In this document: positions 1 to 6,987 of the stretch, piece by piece | Numbering within the stretch: the first letter of the stretch is position 1 | Layout of the letters: each line of letters opens with the position of its first letter | Virus record (IMG/VR): IMGVR_UViG_3300022697_000104 | Location: 1 to 42,054 of that record | DNA: 42,054 nucleotides | Reading direction: 5' to 3' (one strand) | Source of the DNA: a virus | Taxonomy: Duplodnaviria > Caudoviricetes | Program-made: the position numbers and the translations under genes | Notes under the pieces: model-generated | What the model saw: only the letters and a program-made list of their open reading frames with translations | Databases searched by the model: none | Told to the model about the DNA's origin: nothing

Positions 1-99
1 AGGATTCTCAAAATATTTGAACCACTCAATGTCAAACAGCATGTCTCCACTTCGCATAGGAAGATTCATATAAAGACATGAGAAAAGATATGGCCCCAT
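1..99. repeat. Terminal direct repeat (copy 1), circular-assembly overlap
   Basis: Identical to 41956-42054; the TerL frame reads through the junction. Confidence 0.95.
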
Positions 100-969
100 G
101 GAAACTGCAAGTTGATTTAGAACTTCTTCTCCAAAACGCTCGGGATAAGTTATTTTTCCTTCAGGATCACTGATTCGTTGAGTAGTTCCATCAGAGTTCT
201 CAACAGTTGTTTCTCTGCATGCTCTTTCAAGACTACAATAAAAAGGTTCATTTTCTTCAATGTAACTCAGTAAATCTCTCTCAAACCATCTAGTACCTAC
301 GACAATAACTTCCATTGACATGTCGGTTAGTAATGGGTAGACAAGTCTATGAGTACCTATGGCCGAGTCAATGTCTCCTTTTGATGGAATTACATTATCA
401 CTTGTAAGGTCATCTAAGTCTGGAGCAACTGTGTCGTCTTCAATTATAATATCATAGTGCCTAGACACTACCTTGTTTCTAATGCCTGCTGCTTCAAACG
501 TAGCTTCTGGATGTGATTTGGTTCTCTTAATCTGAGCTGCGTCTTGTTTCCAGACACAATTAGAATCAGGTAAGAGCTCCGGGAACAAAGCCTTAAAAAG
601 ATCGTTGTCCTCAAAATGAGAACGTATGGAAGCAAGCTTCTTACAAGCATTTGTAGCTGTATTTTGAAGCAGCAGAACTCGAATGTTTGGATCATTAACT
701 GCTCGCCAAATTGGGTAAGCAATAGTGACTAGAGTACTCTTCAACCAACCGCGAGGGAGAGTAATTTTCTTTCTGTTTTTTGATCTGTCAGAAAGTAAGG
801 CACAAAGTTCTCCATGAATATGAGGTACAAGCCAATCATAGCCAAGAATAGCTTTGGCGAAGAAATAAAGGTCAGTCTTGGCGTTTTCTCTAAGACTGGC
901 AAGAGTTCCTGCATCTAGGATTTCATCCTGAGCAAGTTCTACTTCGGGTTGAGTTAAGTCCGAAATCAT
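1..969 (-). CDS. terL: Terminase large subunit, N-terminal ATPase part (continues at 41955->41290; about 544 aa in total)
   Basis: Not in the ORF track. Manual translation from ATG 969 (ATGA overlap with the TerS stop): MISDLTQPEV...LPRGWLKST (Walker A-like)...HYDIIIEDD (Walker B)...VVGTRW (coupling motif); open to base 1 and in frame with the 41290..42054 ORF. Confidence 0.92.
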   Translation of the reverse strand, partial: MISDLTQPEVELAQDEILDAGTLASLRENAKTDLYFFAKAILGYDWLVPHIHGELCALLSDRSKNRKKITLPRGWLKSTLVTIAYPIWRAVNDPNIRVLLLQNTATNACKKLASIRSHFEDNDLFKALFPELLPDSNCVWKQDAAQIKRTKSHPEATFEAAGIRNKVVSRHYDIIIEDDTVAPDLDDLTSDNVIPSKGDIDSAIGTHRLVYPLLTDMSMEVIVVGTRWFERDLLSYIEENEPFYCSLERACRETTVENSDGTTQRISDPEGKITYPERFGEEVLNQLAVSMGPYLFSCLYMNLPMRSGDMLFDIEWFKYFENP

Positions 970-1412
970 CCAACATCCTTTATAACCTGAGACTCTTTAA
1001 GAGAAACTTGTAATAGTTGAAGTTGTTCGGCATTTATAGTAATTGGACGAATAGAGTTATGATCTCCGCCAAGAACTTTGTCTAAGATTGCAACACTTGC
1101 TCTATGAGCAATGGATTCATCAAAACTATCAATAAGAAGTCCTAGTTTTTCCGCCGCAGCCACGGACTTACAGTCTAAAACCGCCTTGGCTCGGGCGGGT
1201 GTGCTTGCAAGTTGCTCGTCTGAAGCCCGCGTGATACTACCTCTACGCCGAGCAATCTCATCAATATATAAGGGACTTTGAGAAACATTACTAACTGTCT
1301 GTGTGGTTATGCCTAGAATCTCTGCAATGTTCTTCCTGTCATATCCTGCCAACTGCAAGTCCATCATCTTGAAGTGCCTAGGCAGCATTCTTTCAATTTC
1401 GTTATTTGCCAT
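966..1412 (-). CDS. Probable terminase small subunit (HTH protein)
   Basis: N-terminal HTH (RKNIAEILGITTQTVSNV), helical C-terminus, directly upstream of and coupled to TerL. Confidence 0.7.
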   Translation of the reverse strand: MANNEIERMLPRHFKMMDLQLAGYDRKNIAEILGITTQTVSNVSQSPLYIDEIARRRGSITRASDEQLASTPARAKAVLDCKSVAAAEKLGLLIDSFDESIAHRASVAILDKVLGGDHNSIRPITINAEQLQLLQVSLKESQVIKDVG

Positions 1413-1567
1413 GTCAAAATCTCAGATAAATTGCGACGTTCTAAAGCTCTAACGCGGCCCGGCAGGGTTTAACGAATTTTGTACTGTCTACATTCTAAAT
1501 TTTCTAAAAAATTTTTAAATATTTTGTTGGTGTCTATATTATATTAGATGGGGGTGATGGGTGGCGG

Positions 1568-1590
1568 TTGATGTTGAGTCTCAATTGCAA
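1568..1590. promoter_or_regulatory. Fur/PerR-box-like palindrome
   Basis: TTGATGTTGAGTCTCAATTGCAA; 11/19 match to GATAATGATAATCATTATC in the core, with TT/AA flanks. Confidence 0.4.
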
Positions 1591-1611
1591 TTTAACTGTT
1601 TAATAAACGAA

Positions 1612-1753
1612 CTGCCTGTTTGGCAGGACCTGCCACTTTTAACTGACATTTTGGCAGGTAGTTAAAGTATTGTTGTAGTTGAAGTTATAAGTTTAACTTG
1701 TTTAACAGCCGTTTTGGCAGCATGTTTTGGCAGATGATATGTCAAAATGGCAG
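1612..1753. promoter_or_regulatory. Array of palindromic CTGNCA-N3-TGGCAG-like sites (putative enhancer/UAS)
   Basis: CTGCCTGTTTGGCAG 1612, CTGACATTTTGGCAG 1643, CAGCCGTTTTGGCAG 1706, ATGTCAAAATGGCAG 1739, plus half-sites at 1630 and 1728. Confidence 0.65.
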
Positions 1754-1778
1754 GGTTTGAGTTGTTATAGAATATTCG

Positions 1779-1803
1779 TAAGTTGTTGTAGAATAAGAAG
1801 TTA
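1779..1803. promoter_or_regulatory. IHF-like binding site(s)
   Basis: TAAGTTGTTGTAG resembles TAANNNNTTGATW; an opposite-strand partial site overlaps it and a similar site lies at 1663-1675; located between the UAS array and the sigma54 promoter. Confidence 0.5.
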
Positions 1804-1828
1804 TAACTTTATTTCAATTCGCGTTGAA

Positions 1829-1845
1829 TTGGTACGCGAATTGCT
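1829..1845 (+). promoter_or_regulatory. Sigma54 (RpoN) -24/-12 promoter
   Basis: TTGGTACGCGAATTGCT vs consensus YTGGCACG-N4-TTGCW: one mismatch, exact GG-N10-GC spacing, intergenic, about 48 nt before the first early ATG. Confidence 0.75.
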
Positions 1846-1892
1846 ATATGTATACCGTACGGACAGGAAACTCTAACGAAAGGATTTTGGAA

Positions 1893-2258
1893 ATGTTGAA
1901 AGTCACGAAAACCGTATGGGTAGGGAAAGACAAAATTGCTCCAAGGTTTCAAGAGGATTTACCCACTTCTTGGAGATGGGAAGAAAACCGGGCAGTCAGG
2001 GAAGTCGAGATTTTGGAATATGATGAGGATGATATCTCTGATGCCCAGATTCGCTCCGACGCGAATAATGGATTCGATCTTCGACAACGAGCAGAGAATG
2101 ATTGGCGGAGCGAAGTCATGGACAAGAAACTTTCCAAGTTTGAGAAGATTCTCGCAGCAATTAGCCATGCACACGCGGCTGAGGAAACGGAACTCGCGGG
2201 TCAGATGGCAGGCGATAAGGCCGGAGCCTTGGCGTATTTTGAGGAAAATCTCGCGTAA
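1893..2258 (+). CDS. First early protein, hypothetical (acidic)
   Basis: ORF track starts at 1824, but SD AAGGA precedes ATG 1893; followed by a terminator. Confidence 0.75.
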   Translation: MLKVTKTVWVGKDKIAPRFQEDLPTSWRWEENRAVREVEILEYDEDDISDAQIRSDANNGFDLRQRAENDWRSEVMDKKLSKFEKILAAISHAHAAEETELAGQMAGDKAGALAYFEENLA

Positions 2259-2273
2259 GGGAAGAGAAATACC

Positions 2274-2311
2274 ACAGTCCTACCGTCTTAACGGGCGGTG
2301 GACTGTTTTAT
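2274..2311 (+). terminator. Rho-independent terminator
   Basis: ACAGTCC-t-ACCGTC ... GGCGGT-GGACTGT stem followed by TTTAT. Confidence 0.7.
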
Positions 2312-2322
2312 AATGGCTTGGA

Positions 2323-2494
2323 GTTGAGTTGACTTAACTTACCCTTGGGTACCCTCCGTGTCTTGTGGTTGAGTATTATGAGTATAATATATATATATAT
2401 AATAATAACATAATATATATATACAGGACATACAGCCTCAAGATAAACTCCACAAGCCAAGGGACGCCCCGCCGGTAAGTTAAGTCAACTCAAC
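2323..2494. repeat. Long inverted repeat with TA-rich core
   Basis: Perfect 21-bp arms 2323-2343 / 2474-2494; inner pairs CCCTTGG/CCAAGGG and CTTGTGG/CCACAAG; (TA)n centre. Confidence 0.9.
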
Positions 2495-2529
2495 CCGAGC
2501 AGAGTTGAATGAGAAAACCCCCCATGTCT

Positions 2530-2544
2530 TTTCACCAAATGAAA
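2530..2544. promoter_or_regulatory. TTTCA-N5-TGAAA palindromic site
   Basis: TTTCACCAAATGAAA upstream of the 2604 gene; member of a genome-wide motif family. Confidence 0.55.
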
Positions 2545-2559
2545 TAACAACGCGGCCAT

Positions 2560-2588
2560 GAGGCAGAATTCCAAGAGGCAGAATTCCA
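2560..2588. repeat. Tandem 14-bp direct repeat
   Basis: GAGGCAGAATTCCA x2, period 15, just upstream of the RBS of the 2604 gene. Confidence 0.8.
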
Positions 2589-2603
2589 TGAAAGGAATCA
2601 GAG

Positions 2604-2798
2604 ATGCAAGACAGAACTAGAACTAAAATGCAAGACTTGAGTCTTAGGGACTGGCGAAATAGCCTAAGCAGAATGATAGCAGATAGATATCAGATAGACA
2701 TAGAATGGCTGGAACTCCCATTAACTGAATGGTGGAAGCAAGGCAGGAGTCCAAAAGAAGCTTTCCAAATAGCCCGAAAACGCCTGTTTAGATCATAA
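2604..2798 (+). CDS. Hypothetical protein
   Basis: AAAGGA SD, 64-aa ORF in the early operon. Confidence 0.7.
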   Translation: MQDRTRTKMQDLSLRDWRNSLSRMIADRYQIDIEWLELPLTEWWKQGRSPKEAFQIARKRLFRS

Positions 2799-2806
2799 GG
2801 GAAACA

Positions 2807-3193
2807 ATGGAAACAATGGAAACAAGGCAATTCTACGAAACTCTAGAATCCCGAATCTTTATACTAGAAGATGATGAAGAAAAAACCCTAATTTCCCTAT
2901 TCATAGCTGGAGCAAACATAGCGGAGTACTGTAGATCAAAAGGAATAGTATACAAGCAGACAATTAGAAAAATAAACAAGGCTGTGGACAAACTGTCTGA
3001 TTCTCTGGTTTTGCTTTTGCTAAAAAGCCCAAAAATGCTATCTGAAAACCATAACTTAGTAATTAAACTTTGGAAGGTAGAAAACCTATCTCAAAAAGAA
3101 ATACACAAAGTTTCAGGTATTTCTGAATATGAAGTCAGAGAAATAATTTCCAACCTGAAGTTTCTACAAAAATTACTTGGAAGCTTAACATGA
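2807..3193 (+). CDS. HTH DNA-binding protein (two HTH/sigma-region-4-like units)
   Basis: NIAEYCRSKGIVYKQTIRKI and LSQKEIHKVSGISEYEVREII. Confidence 0.6.
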   Translation: METMETRQFYETLESRIFILEDDEEKTLISLFIAGANIAEYCRSKGIVYKQTIRKINKAVDKLSDSLVLLLLKSPKMLSENHNLVIKLWKVENLSQKEIHKVSGISEYEVREIISNLKFLQKLLGSLT

Positions 3194-3492
3194 CTACAAG
3201 AGAATATATGCTCCTATGGAAAATGGCAAATAATGCTAAACATAAACAAGTCAGAGAAATGGGAATAAAAAGTCTAGAAGCACTACCTAAAGAACATATA
3301 TCCTTTAAAATAGAAAATATAATCATACAATTTCCAAACGAGGGACTTTGGATAGTTTTCAAAGAACTATTTAACTCAAGAAACTCGGACATTGTAAGAT
3401 TTTTATACTTTTTCATAGCTAAAGACACAAAGACATTATTGGAATTAATGACAAACATAATGATAGAACTACAGTTAGACGTTAAACTGTAG
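3190..3492 (+). CDS. Hypothetical protein
   Basis: ATGA-coupled to the upstream gene. Confidence 0.65.
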   Translation: MTTREYMLLWKMANNAKHKQVREMGIKSLEALPKEHISFKIENIIIQFPNEGLWIVFKELFNSRNSDIVRFLYFFIAKDTKTLLELMTNIMIELQLDVKL

Positions 3493-3587
3493 AGGGGGGG
3501 GGAAGTGTATCTGATACTACAATTCCCGTTAAACTAACTCCCCGCCCGTTAACTATATAGGAAGCAGCAACTTAACAAAGCAATTTC

Positions 3588-4004
3588 ATGCCTAAAACAG
3601 CCCTAGTACCAATTCACTCAAATAACTCTGTAGACATTTACCTAGAGATCGAGGAAACTCATCTCTGGGCTTTTAGCTTGTTCAGGTGGCACGGAAAGGC
3701 ACCTTTTATTGACGGAGTACGGGCTCATTTACTCTATTCGGCAGAGGAACGCGAAAAACGTTTTCGAGATACAGGCAAGACTACAAAGGCTTACAGTTTC
3801 TCAGCCGCTAGATTATCTTGGATGTTAGAACACTCCCCGGAGAGATTAAAAGAAATTATCTCCAACTGGCAAGAGACAGGCAGGAGTTTCAAGCTCGCTC
3901 AAGAACTCCAAAGACCATTTAGAATACTCTACAGAACAAGTAATAAGTTAAACGTGACTATGATGAATATAAAATGCCCAGCAGTAGCAGAGATTAGTGA
4001 ATAA
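3588..4004 (+). CDS. Hypothetical protein
   Basis: 138-aa ORF in operon orientation. Confidence 0.7.
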   Translation: MPKTALVPIHSNNSVDIYLEIEETHLWAFSLFRWHGKAPFIDGVRAHLLYSAEEREKRFRDTGKTTKAYSFSAARLSWMLEHSPERLKEIISNWQETGRSFKLAQELQRPFRILYRTSNKLNVTMMNIKCPAVAEISE

Positions 4005-4013
4005 AAAGAAAAC

Positions 4014-4238
4014 ATGCTAACCAGAACTTATAAAGACTGCGTAGAGTTTCGAGAGCCTACACACGCAGGTACACGTGTAGTTCGAGTACTCTTAGACACG
4101 CCAACTCCTAGAGTTTCATGTTTCGTAGAGCGTCACCGAACAGACACATGTTCCATTGTCCCCATGACAATCTATTGGGACGAGTTGGTTAAACGTGTAG
4201 AAAAGGCAGTAAAATTGCAAAAAGGAGGTGTTTTATGA
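4014..4238 (+). CDS. Hypothetical protein
   Basis: 74-aa ORF, tight spacing. Confidence 0.65.
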   Translation: MLTRTYKDCVEFREPTHAGTRVVRVLLDTPTPRVSCFVERHRTDTCSIVPMTIYWDELVKRVEKAVKLQKGGVL

Positions 4239-4254
4239 AGTAGGTCCTATGTTC

Positions 4255-4269
4255 CTTCAGTTTGTGAAA
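4255..4269. promoter_or_regulatory. TTCA-N5-TGAAA palindromic site
   Basis: CTTCAGTTTGTGAAA, intergenic, upstream of the 4329 gene. Confidence 0.55.
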
Positions 4270-4328
4270 TATCATGTTAGCTAACAAGAACGAAACTCGA
4301 ATCAACCATATTTTTAGGAAAAGAACAA

Positions 4329-4682
4329 ATGCAAAAAGGTACTAATGAAGTTAAGTCTGGCGGAGAAGTTGTAGGTGAAGCAAGCTATGACATTTTTGAC
4401 GCCTTGAATGAAGCCGTCGAAAATCTAGGCGAACCTGAGTGTGTCAAACTCATCAACGCCCAGATTCGAACAAATGCTCTAAATGAAGTTCGCAGCGTAG
4501 CGACAGGCAAGCCCTCTAAGGCGAGGATCAAAGACCTTGCAATTGATGAGCTTTGCAAGGAAGATTATGACTTGGCAGCCGAAAACGCAGAGTCCCAAGG
4601 CATTTCTCTTGGAGTCGCCTTGAAGTCGATTCTTGCAGAAAAGGAAGCAGAAATCCGAGAGCGTCACGGAATTGTGGACTAG
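4329..4682 (+). CDS. Hypothetical protein
   Basis: AGGA SD, 117 aa, followed by a hairpin. Confidence 0.8.
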   Translation: MQKGTNEVKSGGEVVGEASYDIFDALNEAVENLGEPECVKLINAQIRTNALNEVRSVATGKPSKARIKDLAIDELCKEDYDLAAENAESQGISLGVALKSILAEKEAEIRERHGIVD

Positions 4683-4696
4683 AAATAAAACATCAC

Positions 4697-4730
4697 TCCC
4701 ATTTAGAATTAACAAGCTAAATGGGATTTA
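4697..4730 (+). terminator. Hairpin / probable terminator
   Basis: TCCCATTTAG-N10-CTAAATGGGA followed by TTTA. Confidence 0.55.
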
Positions 4731-4760
4731 ACTTACTTAACTTTATGAACGGAACCACCA

Positions 4761-4931
4761 ATGAAGATTAACCCGCAAAACCCGGCGTATCCAGAAACAT
4801 TCGTATGTTGTGTGGTTGGGATTTATGTTTCTTATGAACCACCACAAGAGATAGACGGAGGTTCGTCTTGGAAATGTTACTCCACCCGAGAACTTGCCGA
4901 GGCAGCACTTAAGGAGAACAAGGATGGGTGA
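4761..4931 (+). CDS. Small hypothetical protein (56 aa)
   Basis: Below the ORF-track cutoff: MKINPQNPAYPETF...ELAEAALKENKDG; overlaps the next start. Confidence 0.5.
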   Translation: MKINPQNPAYPETFVCCVVGIYVSYEPPQEIDGGSSWKCYSTRELAEAALKENKDG

Positions 4932-5160
4932 GAAGAATCAACTGAAACCGTTGGACCCCCCAAGCGCGTTACTGTTTGTTTGTAAGTGTCAACACGAAGC
5001 AATACGGGCTGTATTAACTAATGACCCCGTACACAACCCCCGTAACATGAAGACGACGACAGCCCATAGGCTTTCTGATGGGTCGTACCAGGGGACATGC
5101 GAAAAGTGTAGCAAAACTAAAGTCTTGTACTACGCACCGAAAGGGGGAAAACATGAGTGA
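4924..5160 (+). CDS. Small Cys-containing protein (possible zinc ribbon)
   Basis: AAGGAG SD before ATG 4924; CKC...CEKC. Confidence 0.6.
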   Translation: MGEKNQLKPLDPPSALLFVCKCQHEAIRAVLTNDPVHNPRNMKTTTAHRLSDGSYQGTCEKCSKTKVLYYAPKGGKHE

Positions 5161-5367
5161 CAAACTGCCACGACACATGAATAGGGCGGGCATGGGCCTG
5201 TGGGTTATCTTGCTCGGCATCGTTCCTCGGAACCATGAGCCCGGAACCCTGCCCGCCCGGGTTTAATAGGACGATTACGGATGAGGTATGCAGAGGTAGA
5301 GTTTAAGAAGTTGAGGTAGGTATTAGGGGGTAAAGTGTTTTAATTACAACTAATAGAAAGGAAAAAC

Positions 5368-5766
5368 ATTCTAGAATTTCATTGTAAATCAATTATAAGC
5401 CATAAGGCGAGTTACATAACAATAGTCTACAAAGCAGAGCCTTTTTCTATTTTATTCACCTGTGTAATTTATCGTACAGACAGAATAGCTGGAGAACAAA
5501 TAGTAAACGTAATGGGTCTTGAAATTATATCCCCAGAACCTTTCAACGGCGGAAACAAAGAAAAAGGCTCAGAAGTATTCACCATTGCCCTAACTGTCCC
5601 AGAAGTACATTCTGCATATCGGGTTTTCCTAACTGGAGACTCCGAGAGTCTTGAGATCTTTTTATCTTCTAAACTTCGAGAACATTTAACAAACATGGAG
5701 GTTCCACCACCTTGCAAGTTACAACAAGTTACATCTTTGTCAGAGAACAAAGACCAGGGAAACTAG
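5368..5766 (+). CDS. Hypothetical protein (possible ATT start; first ATG at 5512)
   Basis: Frame open from 5344; SD AAAGGA lies 5 nt before ATT at 5368. Confidence 0.55.
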   Translation: MLEFHCKSIISHKASYITIVYKAEPFSILFTCVIYRTDRIAGEQIVNVMGLEIISPEPFNGGNKEKGSEVFTIALTVPEVHSAYRVFLTGDSESLEIFLSSKLREHLTNMEVPPPCKLQQVTSLSENKDQGN

Positions 5767-6083
5767 AGGTAGTTTGCAGGAAAACTGGCAAAATGCAAAT
5801 TATTGCCAAACTTGACGAGCCTCTGGAAAGGATTGACTTACCTGTAGCAGACGGTTATCTACCTTTCGGCAAACGACCAATAGAAACACTTGAAAAACTC
5901 AGAGAACTACGCACACAAGTTATTCTTGACTATAGAAAAGCAAAGGCAAAAGTTAAAAAAGACAAAAAACCAAAGAGCCCAAGGAAATCTAAAAAAGGAC
6001 TCAGAGCCCGAGTAGAAGCTAAACTTTCCTCAATGCCGGAGGAAATCGCGGCAATTCTTAGAAAGGAAATGGAAGAATGTTAG
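5712..6083 (+). CDS. Hypothetical basic protein
   Basis: GGAGG SD before TTG; Lys-rich C-terminal half. Confidence 0.7.
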   Translation: MQVTTSYIFVREQRPGKLEVVCRKTGKMQIIAKLDEPLERIDLPVADGYLPFGKRPIETLEKLRELRTQVILDYRKAKAKVKKDKKPKSPRKSKKGLRARVEAKLSSMPEEIAAILRKEMEEC

Positions 6084-6259
6084 CACTCACGCGTAAAGTT
6101 GGAGAAAGCATACGAATTGGAGAAAATATTTACATAAAAGTCGTAAGTATAAAAGGAGATAGAGTAAAACTTGGATTCTCTGCTCCCGAGGAAATTAAAA
6201 TCTTACGAACTGAGCTTTTGGAAAAGGAAGTCCAAGATGTCAGAGAACAGAGTCAATGA
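6077..6259 (+). CDS. csrA: Carbon storage regulator CsrA/RsmA homologue
   Basis: MLALTRKVGESIRIGENIYIKVVSIKGDRVKLGFSAPEEIKILRTEL matches the CsrA signature, including the RNA-binding R-x-E. Confidence 0.93.
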   Translation: MLALTRKVGESIRIGENIYIKVVSIKGDRVKLGFSAPEEIKILRTELLEKEVQDVREQSQ

Positions 6260-6725
6260 AAATGAGCAAATAAGACAAGAACTTGAACTTATTGCAAAAT
6301 ATGTTAATCGTTTTACCCAAGGAACAACACTTGATAAAGAAAGCCTTGTACATGATATATGGCTTGAAATTAAATTTAAAAATATTCCAATTTATGTCAG
6401 ACATGTTAAACACAGATGTATTGATGCAATCAGGGCCAGGAAAACCAAAGTTCTCAGCGAACAAAGATTTACCCAGCAACAAAGACAAAGACAAAAACAA
6501 ACAAATAGCCTTAAAACAGAGCAAATTGACCTTAATCAGATAATGCAAATGGCAAGTTTAACAGGTCTTGAAAGGGAAGTTATTTTTAAGTATTTTTACA
6601 AAGGAAAGACTTTTAAAGAAATATCTTTAGAGATGAGCTTAAACAAAGAAAAAGTAGAGCAAATTAAAAATCATACACTAAAGAAACTCAGAAAAGCAAC
6701 AAGATTTCTCGAAAGAAAGGACTAG
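6237..6725 (+). CDS. RNA polymerase sigma factor-like protein (ECF/sigma70 regions 2 and 4)
   Basis: ESLVHDIWL...CIDAIR (region 2-like); LTGLEREVIFKYFYKGKTFKEIS...TLKKLRK (region 4 HTH); AAGGAAG SD before ATG 6237. Confidence 0.8.
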   Translation: MSENRVNENEQIRQELELIAKYVNRFTQGTTLDKESLVHDIWLEIKFKNIPIYVRHVKHRCIDAIRARKTKVLSEQRFTQQQRQRQKQTNSLKTEQIDLNQIMQMASLTGLEREVIFKYFYKGKTFKEISLEMSLNKEKVEQIKNHTLKKLRKATRFLERKD

Positions 6726-6731
6726 CTAGTT

Positions 6732-6986
6732 ATGTTCAAAGGCACCTTTGAAGATTGGAAGAAGAAACTTAAAACAGAACTTCTTGTTGCCAAGACTCCA
6801 AGAAGAAAACCAAAAAAGCAAAAAACTATAAAAAGAGAACCTTTTATCTGGAGAGTAACTTCAATTGTTAATTCAAGAGTATCACATGCCAGAGCAATTA
6901 AGCTTGCCAAGGCAGGAGAACACGTTTCCCCTAATCCTTTTTGTAACTTTAAGAAACACGGAATGAATAACCCTTTGGAGAACTAA
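6732..6986 (+). CDS. Hypothetical basic protein
   Basis: 84-aa ORF, tight spacing. Confidence 0.65.
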   Translation: MFKGTFEDWKKKLKTELLVAKTPRRKPKKQKTIKREPFIWRVTSIVNSRVSHARAIKLAKAGEHVSPNPFCNFKKHGMNNPLEN

Positions 6987-6987
6987 A

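Noticed and set aside
1-99. 99-bp terminal repeat as a biological DTR
   Set aside because: It falls mid-TerL and its length matches a common assembler k-mer; best read as a circular overlap
468-722. 84-aa minus-strand ORF from the track
   Set aside because: Out-of-frame shadow inside the TerL gene (969->1)
1612-1753. Repeats as a mini-CRISPR array
   Set aside because: Units are 15-bp degenerate palindromes with irregular short spacing, not repeat-spacer units
1824-1892. TTG start and N-terminal extension of the first early gene
   Set aside because: Overlaps the sigma54 promoter and has no SD; ATG 1893 has an SD
2323-2494. Protelomerase (tel) hairpin-end site
   Set aside because: The palindrome is imperfect at its centre and no protelomerase or tyrosine recombinase is encoded
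3687-3701. Second sigma54-like site TGGCACGGAAAGGCA
   Set aside because: Inside a CDS, the -12 GC is mis-spaced by one base and TT is missing; same for TGGCAC hits near 10311 and 34110
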